DNA from: Vicinamibacterales bacterium
Lineage (GTDB): Bacteria > Acidobacteriota > Vicinamibacteria > Vicinamibacterales > 2-12-FULL-66-21
DNA length: 61,109 nucleotides
Assembly (NCBI GenBank): GCA_035537955.1
Contig: DATLLF010000178.1
Location: 1-61,109 of the forward strand
Reading direction: 5' to 3'
The position numbers were made by a program, and so were the translations under genes. Below are positions 18,468 to 27,390 of the stretch, piece by piece. The notes under the pieces are model-generated. The model was not told the origin of the DNA, did not search any database, and saw nothing but the letters and a program-made list of their open reading frames with translations. Each line of letters opens with the position of its first letter. Position 1 is the stretch's first letter.

Positions 18468-21349
18468 CGGTGCTGCGTGCTGGCTGCTCGGTGTTGAGTG
18501 CTGTGCTGCGTGCCGGGTGCTGCGTGCGTGCGACGGGCGCCGCCTCTTGCCGGCTGGTTGCGGTCTTGCTCCTCGCGCTCGTTGCGCTCGCCAGTCCGGC
18601 GCGAGCGTCGGAGCGGTATGATCCGCGGCTCCGCTTTCGGACGCTGTCCACGAATGCCTTCGACATTCACTTTCACCAGCGCGAGGACGCGCTTGCTCGG
18701 CGGCTGGCCTCCATCGTCGAAGAAGTCGCGATAGAGCTCGAGCCCCGGCTTGGGCGCCCGCACGGTCGCGTTCACGTGATCCTCGTGGACCAGGACGATG
18801 TATCGAACGGGTGGGCAACGCCGGTTCCGTTTGACGTGATTGAGATCCTCGCGCCCGCCCCGCGCGGCGGGAGCCTGAGCGGTAACACCAGCGACTGGCT
18901 GCGGCTGGTCTTCGTCCACGAGTACACCCACATCCTCCATCTCGATCGCTCGCGAGGCGTGTTCGCCGGTCTTCGCCGCGTGTTTGGCCGGCATCCATTC
19001 CTGATGCCGAACCTCTACACGCCTGTGTGGCAGATCGAAGGGCTCGCAACGTTCGAGGAAAGCGCGCTCACGACCGAAGGGCGTGTGAACGCCGGTGACT
19101 TCAGGCTGATGCTGAATCGCGCCTCCGCCGCCGGTCGGTTCGCATCGCTCGATCGCACCAGCGGCGGACGCGTCGACTGGCCGTCCGGGATGACGCCATA
19201 TCTCTACGGCGCGTACTTTCACCAGCACCTCGCGGAGAAATATGGCGACGCGTCACTGCGCAAGCTCGCGGATGCAACGGCAGGCCGCGTCCCTTATCTC
19301 GGGTCCCGCGCCTTCAAGGAGATCTTCGGCCGCTCGCTCGGTGACCTCTGGCAGGAGTTCGAGCGTGACGCGGCGCGCGATCCCGCGGCGATCAGCTCAC
19401 CGGCGACTCGTTTGACACGTCACGGCTTCATCGTTTCAGGGCCCGCCTACTCTCCGGACGGCCGGCTGTACTACTCGATAGCGAATCCTCACGGCTTCCC
19501 CGCACTGATGGAGCTGAATCGCGAAGGTGGCGAACGCCAGGTGACCACGCGCGTTGGTGGGGACCGACTCGCGCCCGTCGGCGGCAGCATCGTCTTCGAT
19601 CAACTCGACTACGTGCGCAGTGTGGCGGTGCAGTCGGACCTGTACAAGGTCTCGATCGCCACTGGCGAGGTGCGTCGCCTCACTCGAGAGCTCAGAGCCG
19701 GCGACCCGCACGTATCTCCGGACGGACGTACGATCGTTTGTACCGTTCAGTCCGCGGATCGTCGCGACCTCGCCACGCTCCCCGCTGACGGGAACGGCGC
19801 CCTGAGGATTCTCGTGTCGGAAGACTCGACGCACTACGCCTCGCCGCGATGGTCTCCCGATGGACGAACGATCGTTGCCGAGCGGCGGGCAAACGGCGCT
19901 CCCTCCGAGCTCGTGCTCATCGATGCGGCGGCACGCACGATACGGACGCTCGCCTCGTCGCCACGAGGGCGCAACGTGAATCCTTCCTGGACACCGGATG
20001 GTCGCGGCGTGCTCTTCGCATCGGATCGAGAGGGCGGATCGTTTCAAGCGTACCTCGTCGATGTGGACACGGGTGGTCTGCGGCGGCTCATCAACGCCGG
20101 TGCGAGTGCCGACTCTCCCGTACTTTCTCCTGACGGGCAGTCGCTCGTGTTCGTCGGCTACACCAACGATGGCTTCGACCTGTTCGCGCTGCAATGGGTC
20201 GACGCGGAGTGGCAGCAAGTCGCCGCCGGGGTAAAGGACGAAGCCGCGCCCCGCCCGGCGAGCGACGGTTCCGAACCTGCAGACGAAGCTCAGGCCGGAC
20301 GTCCCTATCGTCCTGGTCGTCAGCTGTGGCCACGCTTCTGGACGCCGACCATCGAGTCGGATGGCGACGAGACGTCATTTGGCGCTGCGACCGCCGGCAG
20401 CGACGCACTGGGACGCCACAGTTACGCGGTAGGCGGCGCATGGTCAACGGCGGGCCGGCCGGATTGGTACGCCGCCTATGTCTACGATCGCTGGCGTCCC
20501 TCTGTGTTCGCCAATACGAGCGACGATCGTGACTCGTGGCTCGAGGGCGAGGTGCGGACCCGGGAGCTGAACGTCGGTGTGGCCGTGCCATTCAGAACCG
20601 TCCGCCACGCGCAGTCGGTGTTCGGCGCGCTGCACGTGTCCAACGAACGTTTCGACTGCGCGGCGTGTGCACCGGCCGTTGATGCCTCGATCGAGCGCCG
20701 CGCACTCCGCGCAGGATGGTCGTTCACGACGGCGAAGGAATACGGATACTCGATCAGTGCTGAGGAAGGATTGCGCGCGTCGATCGCGGCTGAGGCGTCA
20801 CCGGAAGGGCTGGGCGCGACGGGCACGGCGTCCACTCTCGTCGCCGATCTTCGTGCGTACATACCCGCGGCGCCCAGACATGGCATCGTGGCGCTGCGCG
20901 GCGCCGCGGCTGGATCCTGGGGTGATGATGACGCGGTGCGGGTGTTCGGTGCCACCGGCTCGGGTGCGCAGTCACCCGTCGTCGGATTCGGGCGCGATGC
21001 GATCGGACTCATTCGCGGCTTTGCCGACGACGATGTGATCGGCGCTCGCGCGGTGGTGGTGAACGCCGACTATCGATTGCCGCTTGCCTGGATCGAGCGT
21101 GGCGTCGGCACCTGGCCGCTTCTGCTCCGGTCGCTCCACGCCGCTGCGTTCGTCGACGCCGGCGCGGCATGGAATGAACGGCTCACGGATCGACGTCGCC
21201 GCACCTCCGCCGGTCTCGAGTTATCAGCGGACGTGGTCCTCGGGTATTTCCTGCCAGTGACGTTCGCGTCCGGCGTCGCGTGGCGTCACGATCCGACCGG
21301 CATCGTGCACGGACCCGCGTTCTTCGCCCGCGTGGGTCGTGCGTTCTAA
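18464..21349 (+). CDS. Outer-membrane-anchored protein: gluzincin-like peptidase domain + TolB/PD40 beta-propeller + C-terminal beta-barrel
   Basis: HExxH (VFVHEYTHILH) with a downstream EGLATFEE. There are five [ST]PDG PD40-like blades. The ~330-aa C-terminal region ends in ...FFARVGRAF with an aromatic last residue. The ATG overlaps the mutS stop as ATGA. An alternative GTG at 18524 would give a cleaner signal peptide (RLVAVLLLALVALASPARA). Confidence 0.7.
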   Translation: MTVLRAGCSVLSAVLRAGCCVRATGAASCRLVAVLLLALVALASPARASERYDPRLRFRTLSTNAFDIHFHQREDALARRLASIVEEVAIELEPRLGRPHGRVHVILVDQDDVSNGWATPVPFDVIEILAPAPRGGSLSGNTSDWLRLVFVHEYTHILHLDRSRGVFAGLRRVFGRHPFLMPNLYTPVWQIEGLATFEESALTTEGRVNAGDFRLMLNRASAAGRFASLDRTSGGRVDWPSGMTPYLYGAYFHQHLAEKYGDASLRKLADATAGRVPYLGSRAFKEIFGRSLGDLWQEFERDAARDPAAISSPATRLTRHGFIVSGPAYSPDGRLYYSIANPHGFPALMELNREGGERQVTTRVGGDRLAPVGGSIVFDQLDYVRSVAVQSDLYKVSIATGEVRRLTRELRAGDPHVSPDGRTIVCTVQSADRRDLATLPADGNGALRILVSEDSTHYASPRWSPDGRTIVAERRANGAPSELVLIDAAARTIRTLASSPRGRNVNPSWTPDGRGVLFASDREGGSFQAYLVDVDTGGLRRLINAGASADSPVLSPDGQSLVFVGYTNDGFDLFALQWVDAEWQQVAAGVKDEAAPRPASDGSEPADEAQAGRPYRPGRQLWPRFWTPTIESDGDETSFGAATAGSDALGRHSYAVGGAWSTAGRPDWYAAYVYDRWRPSVFANTSDDRDSWLEGEVRTRELNVGVAVPFRTVRHAQSVFGALHVSNERFDCAACAPAVDASIERRALRAGWSFTTAKEYGYSISAEEGLRASIAAEASPEGLGATGTASTLVADLRAYIPAAPRHGIVALRGAAAGSWGDDDAVRVFGATGSGAQSPVVGFGRDAIGLIRGFADDDVIGARAVVVNADYRLPLAWIERGVGTWPLLLRSLHAAAFVDAGAAWNERLTDRRRRTSAGLELSADVVLGYFLPVTFASGVAWRHDPTGIVHGPAFFARVGRAF

Positions 21350-21367
21350 CTGCTAGAATGTCGCCAC

Positions 21368-22438
21368 ATGGCCAACAAGTCGCGCTTCCTGCGCGTCCCG
21401 GTCGAGCCATTCGTGGTCGAGGCAGGTCTGGGAGCAGATGAAGTGCTGGCGCGCATGGAGCGGATCTCGTTCCAGGGGCGGAGCCTGGCGACCGCGCATG
21501 GCATCTGGCAGAAGATGCTCGGCGGCAACTGCACCATTTTTCTCGGTGTCGCCGGCGCGCTCAGCGCGGGCGGCATGCGCCTTATCATCGCGCACCTGCT
21601 CGAGCGGCGCTACGCGGACTGTCTCGTCTCCACGGGCGCGAACCTGTATCACGACCTGCACGAGACGCGCGGCCGGCGACATTTCATCGGATCACCGCGC
21701 GAGAACGACGCGGTGCTGCAGGCGGACCGCATCGACCGCGTATACGACACGTATGCGAGCGAAGACGAGTTCTGCGAGAACGACGAGTGGATCGCGGAGT
21801 TCGCTCTGACGCTCGAGCGCCGGCCGTACACGACGCGCGAGTTTCTGTATCGCCTCGGCGAACACCTGTGGACGACGACGCAGCAAGACGGGATTCTGAC
21901 GGCCGCCTATCGCGCTTCAGTGCCGATCTTTTGCCCCGCAATCGCGGACTCCTCCATTGGCATGGGTCTGTCGCAGGCGCGTCATCGCGACGCGTCGGCC
22001 GGACACATCGACGTGGTCGGCGACATCATCGAGTCGGCCAACCTCGTGATCCACCATCCGCGGACGGCATCAGTGGTATTCGGCGGTGGTACGCCTAAGA
22101 ACTTCATCAACCAGGCCAGTGTACAGGCGGAGTTCTACGACGATCGCGTCGGAGGCCATCGGTATGCCATCCAGATCGTGACCGACGTTCCGCACTTCGG
22201 CGGCGCGTCCGGGGCCTCGCTCGAGGAGGCCCAGAGCTGGGGAAAGGTGGCCGCCGATGCCGAGCAGGTGACGGTGCACGCCGATGCGACCCTCGCGCTG
22301 CCGCTGCTCGTCAGCGCGCTGGCCTCGAGCAGTGGCGATGCGCTCGCCGCCCGGAAGCCGATGCGCTTCGATCTTTCGGGACGTGTCATGGCGGTCGAAG
22401 GCCGGCCGCTGCCGGAGCGCTTCGAGGCCCGTCAATGA
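21368..22438 (+). CDS. Deoxyhypusine synthase family protein (DHS-like / homospermidine-synthase-like)
   Basis: GGGTPKNF and EEAQSWGKV are present, so the catalytic-lysine context SWGK is conserved. There is an NAD-binding-like N-terminus, FLGVAGALSAGGMR. Confidence 0.85.
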   Translation: MANKSRFLRVPVEPFVVEAGLGADEVLARMERISFQGRSLATAHGIWQKMLGGNCTIFLGVAGALSAGGMRLIIAHLLERRYADCLVSTGANLYHDLHETRGRRHFIGSPRENDAVLQADRIDRVYDTYASEDEFCENDEWIAEFALTLERRPYTTREFLYRLGEHLWTTTQQDGILTAAYRASVPIFCPAIADSSIGMGLSQARHRDASAGHIDVVGDIIESANLVIHHPRTASVVFGGGTPKNFINQASVQAEFYDDRVGGHRYAIQIVTDVPHFGGASGASLEEAQSWGKVAADAEQVTVHADATLALPLLVSALASSSGDALAARKPMRFDLSGRVMAVEGRPLPERFEARQ

Positions 22439-23343
22439 GCTTCCCGTTCGAGTACGACCATGGCGCCCCGCTTGCGTTCGGCGGCGCCCTCCCGGAATCC
22501 AAGGATTTCGAGAACTCGCGTGCCGTGATCCTTCCGGTCCCCGTCGACCGCACGACCTCCTACGTGCCTGGCACGCGTAACGGCCCTCGCGAGATTCTTC
22601 AGGCGTCCTCACACATGGAGTTGTGGGACGAGGAGGTCGGCGTCGACATCCACAATGTCGGCCTCTTCACGCTGCCGGAAATGGAGCTCCCGTTCGGCGA
22701 GCTTCAGCCCCTGATGGACGAGATCCGACGTGTGGCAGCCGAGATCCTTGCCCGCGACAAGTTCCTGGTCACCCTGGGTGGCGAGCACTCGATTACCCCC
22801 CCGCTTGTTGCCGCAGCCGCGGCGCGGCATCCCGGCGTGCACGTGCTGCAGATCGACGCGCACGCGGACCTGCGCGACTGCTACATGGGCACGCCGCACA
22901 ATCACGCGTGCGCGATGCGACGGAGCCTGGAGCACGCGCCGGTGACGCAGGTCGGCATCCGCAGCATGTCGACCGAGGAAGCGGAGGCCGCGCCTCGACT
23001 GGCGACGCGCATCTTCTATGACCACTCGATGAGGCAGGACCCGAACTGGGTGCAGCAGGTCGTCGGGAGTCTCGGCGACCCCGTCTACGTCACTATCGAT
23101 GTCGACGGGATGGACCCCGCGATCATGCCGGCGACCGGCACCCCCGAGCCGGGCGGCCTGACGTGGTACGAGATGCTTGCCTTGCTGCGCGCCATCTTCA
23201 CTCAGCGCCGCGTCGTCGCCTGTGACGTCGTCGAGCTCAGTCCGTTGCCCGGGTTGATGGCACCCAACTTCCTCTGCGCAAAGCTGATCTACAAGATGAT
23301 CGTTTACAGATTCGCGCAGAATCTGCAACGCCCTGTTCGCTGA
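22435..23343 (+). CDS. speB: Agmatinase (arginase/ureohydrolase family)
   Basis: Mn-binding motifs GGEHSITPP, QIDAHADLRD and TIDVDGMDP. The ATG overlaps the DHS-like stop as ATGA. Confidence 0.88.
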   Translation: MSFPFEYDHGAPLAFGGALPESKDFENSRAVILPVPVDRTTSYVPGTRNGPREILQASSHMELWDEEVGVDIHNVGLFTLPEMELPFGELQPLMDEIRRVAAEILARDKFLVTLGGEHSITPPLVAAAAARHPGVHVLQIDAHADLRDCYMGTPHNHACAMRRSLEHAPVTQVGIRSMSTEEAEAAPRLATRIFYDHSMRQDPNWVQQVVGSLGDPVYVTIDVDGMDPAIMPATGTPEPGGLTWYEMLALLRAIFTQRRVVACDVVELSPLPGLMAPNFLCAKLIYKMIVYRFAQNLQRPVR

Positions 23344-23392
23344 GGCGCATGCGCGTGGACGATGGCGGTGTATACAAGGTATACTCCGGCCC

Positions 23393-26311
23393 GTGCCGGC
23401 TGATCTTTACGCGGACGGAAGCACGGCCCTCGCACAAGGGCACGCGGCAGAGGCTGCGGAACTGCTGGCCCGCGCCCTCAAACGAACGGACCTTTCCCGT
23501 GACGACCGGGCGCAGATCCGGGCCGCGCTCGCCGAAGCCTTCATCCTCCAGGATGATCTGAAACTCGCCTCTGAGGCACTCGGTCCCGAGCCCGATGGTC
23601 GCGAGAGACTGGATCCAGCGAGGCTCTCTGATCTGTGGCGAATTCACGGCCGGATCGCCGTGGCCAGCGGGGAGCCATCCCGTGGTATCGCGTTCCTCGG
23701 CCGGGCCTTGAATCTCGCGGACAAGGCGCACGATTCCCGCGCCATAGGACTCGCCCACTACGAGCTCGGCCTCTGTTACCGGCAGGTCGGTGATACGGCC
23801 ATCGTTCGCGAGCACATCGCCAAGGCGGCCTCCGCGCTCCACGCCGCCGGTGATCGGCGATACCTCGCGATGGTCCATTCGCTTTCGGGGATCACGCTCG
23901 CACAGGAGGGACGCCTCGAGGAAGCGATGGCCGCTCTGAGGCAGGCCGAGCGAATGGCGCTCATGGTCAACGCCGGCGATGTGCTCGCGACGGTCTGCGG
24001 GAACCAGGCCAATGTGGCGCTCATGCAGCATCGTCACGAACAGGCTCTGGCCCTGGCCGAACGCAGCGTGGAGCTGCAGGAGCAGGCCGGCACCCCGCAT
24101 GGTCTGGGCGTGGCCCTCGCCTCTCTCGGGCAGATCTGCGTCCGGCTCGGAAAGCTGAAGCGAGCGGAGGAAGCGTTGAACCGGGCACTCGACATCCGTA
24201 CGCCGGTGCAGTTCCGACGCGAAACGACGGGCGCAGTCTTCGATTCCCTCGCGCAGATTCATGTCATCCGTGGCGACCACCAGCAGGCTGGCGAGAGCCT
24301 CGAGCGAGCACGGACCGCGTACGGCGAATCGAAGACCAACCGCTGGTACCAATGGTCGGTGCGCCTGCTCGACGCACGGGTCGCAATGCGGCGCGGCGAC
24401 CCCGCGCGCGCATTGGAATTGAGCCGCGAAGTCTCTGGCGCGGCCGGCGTGCCCGCCCCCTATTCGCTCCAGGCCGATCTCATGGCCGTGGAGTCGCTGC
24501 TCGCGCTGCAGCGGACCGCCGATGCGCAGGCGCAACTCGAGTCCGTCGCGCCGGCCATCGATCCCAGCGCGATGAGCGGAATATGGGGAGAGTTCCTGCG
24601 CCTTCGCGGCCGGCTTCACATCGCGAGCGGGCAGACGACGGAGGCGTATCACGATTTCGGCCAGAGTATCAGCGTCTTCGAGTTGCTCGGCGAGCGTTAT
24701 CAGGTGGCGCTCAGCAACCTCGAACTCGGCAAACTGTCCGCCGCGGTTGGAGCGCGGTCGCGTGCGGAACGGTATCTGGCTGAAGCCGGCCGCATCTTCG
24801 TGTCTCTGAACGCGAAGCCCGATCTTGCCGAAACCGAGGACATGCTGCGACGCCCGGCTTCAACCGCCAACGGGGATTTCGTCGGTCCACAGCTGGATGG
24901 CGACGATGCCATCGTCCGCCGGCTGGTGAATGCGGCCGCGATGCCCGAACTTCTGGAGCGCGAGGGGGCGGCCGCCATCCTCGAGGCGTGCGACGGTACC
25001 GCTGCATCGATCGTCGTCGAGCTGCCCGGGGCACGATTGCGCGTCGTCTCGGCGGCCGGCTGCGACGCCGATGGTGCACGCGCCCTCGCGGCAGCCGCGC
25101 TCCGTGGAGCACACGGCGCGTTCAGGCTGCTGGAGCTCGAGCCGATCGGTCGCGACGCTGACGGGCGGCGGCTCGTGGTCGTTGCGCTGCAGAAACCGTT
25201 GCCGCAGGCGATGCGCCAGCGGTTCCGGACGCTGTGCGCCGTGCTCAGACAGGGGTTCGAATTGTGTCAGGCGCGCGAGCGCGTACCGGAGGCCAGCGCT
25301 GTGGCACTGGAGCGCAAGCTGGAGCCGCTCCTGCCCGGCTTCGTCTGTGCGAGCGGCGCGATGCAGCGGGTTACCGAGCAGATCCAGCGGCTGCAGGGCA
25401 ACGACTTGACCGTCCTGATCACCGGCGAGAGCGGCACTGGAAAGGACCTCGTCGCACGGGCCATCCATGCGGGCTCGCCTCGCAGCGGCGGCATGTTCCT
25501 CCCTTACAACTGCACGAGCGCCACGCGCGAGCTCGCCGACAGCCAGTTGTTCGGCCACAAGCGCGGCAGCTTCACCGGCGCGCTGTCTGACCAGCCGGGT
25601 GTGCTGCGCACCGCCGAAGGGGGAACCCTCTTCCTCGACGAGGTCGGCGACCTGCCGATAGACGTTCAGCCGAAACTGCTTCGCTTTCTCGAGCAGGGTG
25701 AGGTGCTGCCCGTCGGCGAGAATCGTCCGCTGACGGTGGATGTCCGTGTCGTCGCGGCCACCAACGCGAATCTCGAGCAGCGCGTCGACCAGGCGAAATT
25801 CCGCGAGGACCTGTTTTACCGTCTCAGTGTGATTCGTATCCACGTGCCGCCGCTTCGAGAGCGCCGCGAGGAGATCCCGCATCTGAGCACGTTCTTCCTG
25901 CGCGAAGCCTGCGACCGTCTCGGGAAGCCCGGGATCCGGCTGAGCGCCGAGACACTCGACCTGTTCGACGCGTTTTCGTGGCCGGGCAATGTGCGGCAGC
26001 TTCGAAACGAGGTTCAGCGAGCGGTGGCGCTGACGTCGGCCTCTGGCGTCGTGACGCCTGACGTCCTGTCGGTCGCATTTGCCGGCGCGGGCGGAGAAAG
26101 CGCGGGGGCCGGCACCGGGACGCGCAGCCGCAACTCCCGCGCGTCACTCGCGTCAGCCGTCGAAAAACTCGAGCGCGAAATGATCGAAGCTGCCCTGCAG
26201 CGCAGCGGCGGGAACATCTCACGGACCGCGCGTGCATTGGGGCTGACGCGCCGCGGGCTGTACCTCAAGATGGAGCGCCTCGACATCGCCAACGACGCTG
26301 CCCCGGCGTGA
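23393..26311 (+). CDS. Sigma-54-dependent transcriptional activator with a long N-terminal TPR sensor region (no receiver domain)
   Basis: AAA+ core with GESGTGKDLVARAIH, LFLDEVGDL and the GAFTGA-like GSFTGA. The C-terminal Fis-type HTH is NISRTARALGLTRRGLYLKMERL. About 600 aa of TPR-like helical repeats lie at the N-terminus. GTG start. Confidence 0.88.
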   Translation: MPADLYADGSTALAQGHAAEAAELLARALKRTDLSRDDRAQIRAALAEAFILQDDLKLASEALGPEPDGRERLDPARLSDLWRIHGRIAVASGEPSRGIAFLGRALNLADKAHDSRAIGLAHYELGLCYRQVGDTAIVREHIAKAASALHAAGDRRYLAMVHSLSGITLAQEGRLEEAMAALRQAERMALMVNAGDVLATVCGNQANVALMQHRHEQALALAERSVELQEQAGTPHGLGVALASLGQICVRLGKLKRAEEALNRALDIRTPVQFRRETTGAVFDSLAQIHVIRGDHQQAGESLERARTAYGESKTNRWYQWSVRLLDARVAMRRGDPARALELSREVSGAAGVPAPYSLQADLMAVESLLALQRTADAQAQLESVAPAIDPSAMSGIWGEFLRLRGRLHIASGQTTEAYHDFGQSISVFELLGERYQVALSNLELGKLSAAVGARSRAERYLAEAGRIFVSLNAKPDLAETEDMLRRPASTANGDFVGPQLDGDDAIVRRLVNAAAMPELLEREGAAAILEACDGTAASIVVELPGARLRVVSAAGCDADGARALAAAALRGAHGAFRLLELEPIGRDADGRRLVVVALQKPLPQAMRQRFRTLCAVLRQGFELCQARERVPEASAVALERKLEPLLPGFVCASGAMQRVTEQIQRLQGNDLTVLITGESGTGKDLVARAIHAGSPRSGGMFLPYNCTSATRELADSQLFGHKRGSFTGALSDQPGVLRTAEGGTLFLDEVGDLPIDVQPKLLRFLEQGEVLPVGENRPLTVDVRVVAATNANLEQRVDQAKFREDLFYRLSVIRIHVPPLRERREEIPHLSTFFLREACDRLGKPGIRLSAETLDLFDAFSWPGNVRQLRNEVQRAVALTSASGVVTPDVLSVAFAGAGGESAGAGTGTRSRNSRASLASAVEKLEREMIEAALQRSGGNISRTARALGLTRRGLYLKMERLDIANDAAPA

Positions 26312-26317
26312 TTACCT

Positions 26318-26375
26318 GGTATCCACCGCTCTGGCTTGATGGATACCAAATATCCTCACTCATCAGTATCCACCC
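26318..26375. promoter_or_regulatory. Array of three GGTATCC-type sites between the sigma-54 activator and the PilZ gene
   Basis: The sites are GGTATCCACC (26318-27), GGATACC (26341-47, the inverted copy) and GTATCCACCC (26366-75). Centre-to-centre spacing is ~23-24 bp. Confidence 0.35.
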
Positions 26376-26498
26376 GTTCGGAACCGCGGCCGTAACTGCC
26401 TCCAGCTGTGCAGGTTAGGGTGTAACGAGCCGACGCGTGCCCGCCTGATCCGTGACGGCCCATCAATTGATACTCAGGATGGTAACCGGAGGGATCAC

Positions 26499-26930
26499 AT
26501 GGAACAGCGGCTGCGGCTCGTCCAAGGCAGTGCGCGGACGGAAAAGCGGACGGCAGAACGACGCCGGATGCAGGTACCCGGACAGATCGTCTGGAAAGAT
26601 CAGCGTGGGCACACCCAGATGGCGTCCATCGTCACGCGCGACGTCAGCGACTGCGGGGTCAGTTTCGAGTGCCGCACGAGCCTGATGGTGCCTCTATATC
26701 GGCTGGTGTACTTCCAGGTGGACCGCCACATGCGGCATCACCCCGACCTCCCCGCGCCGCTTCGCAAGCAGAACGTGCTCTCGGCGGTCTTTCGCGTCGG
26801 GCAGTCGAGCGAGAGAACGGGAACACCCACGGAATACGCGCTGCGGCTGCTGATCGAACCGAAACCTGCGAGCGGCAGATCCGGCGGCGACGCATGGCCG
26901 ACGGACCGCGAGCGTACCCGGACGGCGTGA
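26499..26930 (+). CDS. PilZ domain protein (c-di-GMP receptor-like)
   Basis: RxxxR-type motif ERRRMQV and DxSxxG motif DVSDCGVSF. GGAGGG lies 6 nt upstream of the ATG. Confidence 0.75.
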   Translation: MEQRLRLVQGSARTEKRTAERRRMQVPGQIVWKDQRGHTQMASIVTRDVSDCGVSFECRTSLMVPLYRLVYFQVDRHMRHHPDLPAPLRKQNVLSAVFRVGQSSERTGTPTEYALRLLIEPKPASGRSGGDAWPTDRERTRTA

Positions 26931-26981
26931 CGCGCTGACGGCCGCCCCGCCGGCGCCGCCGCGACTGAGAGGGAGACCCCG

Positions 26982-27299
26982 GTGGTTGCGCGCATTGAAA
27001 GGTGGGATGTTCGGCTCGACGGCCCCCTCTCGGAAGCCGCCCTGCAGCGTAAGATCGAGATGCTGGGATACGAGGTGCGGGCGCGAGTCTACCCCGCCGG
27101 CCGCGTAGCCACTGCCGCATTCGACCCGCGCCAGGCAATCACCGCCGTCGTCCGCGGCGTCGTCCAGCTCACTGTCAACGACGAGCCGGAGATGCTCACC
27201 GCCGGCGACCTCGCATTCGTTCCCGCTGGTATCAGTCGCCGTCTCGAGGTGGTCGGTCCGGGGACGGCGCTCTGTCTCGAGGCCTTCCGCGCCGATTGA
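26982..27299 (+). CDS. Small cupin-fold protein
   Basis: 105 aa. The pattern VVRGVVQLTVNDEPEMLTAGDLAFVPAGISRRLEVV is typical of single-domain cupins. GTG start with GAGAGGGAG upstream. Confidence 0.6.
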   Translation: MVARIERWDVRLDGPLSEAALQRKIEMLGYEVRARVYPAGRVATAAFDPRQAITAVVRGVVQLTVNDEPEMLTAGDLAFVPAGISRRLEVVGPGTALCLEAFRAD

Positions 27300-27390
27300 A
27301 TCCCACTTTTCGGGTCCGGGCTCTGCGAACGCGGAAGGCACCGCGCGCCGAAAGCAGCAGGTGTGCCCCACACGGCGGGAACTCTTCGCG

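Noticed and set aside
23237-24652. 471-aa minus-strand ORF antisense to the sigma-54 activator. Similar cases are 24860-25882, 16034-17593, 37738-38946, 43827-45389 and 50237-51706.
   Set aside because: All lie inside, or in an alternate frame of, genes with clear family signatures. Their translations are low-complexity Arg/Gly/Pro-rich sequence.
26376-26498. Search for a sigma-54 -24/-12 promoter (TGGCAC-N5-TTGC) upstream of the PilZ gene
   Set aside because: No GG...GC pair with the required spacing and flanks was found by eye, so no promoter is called. A matrix scan is still advisable.
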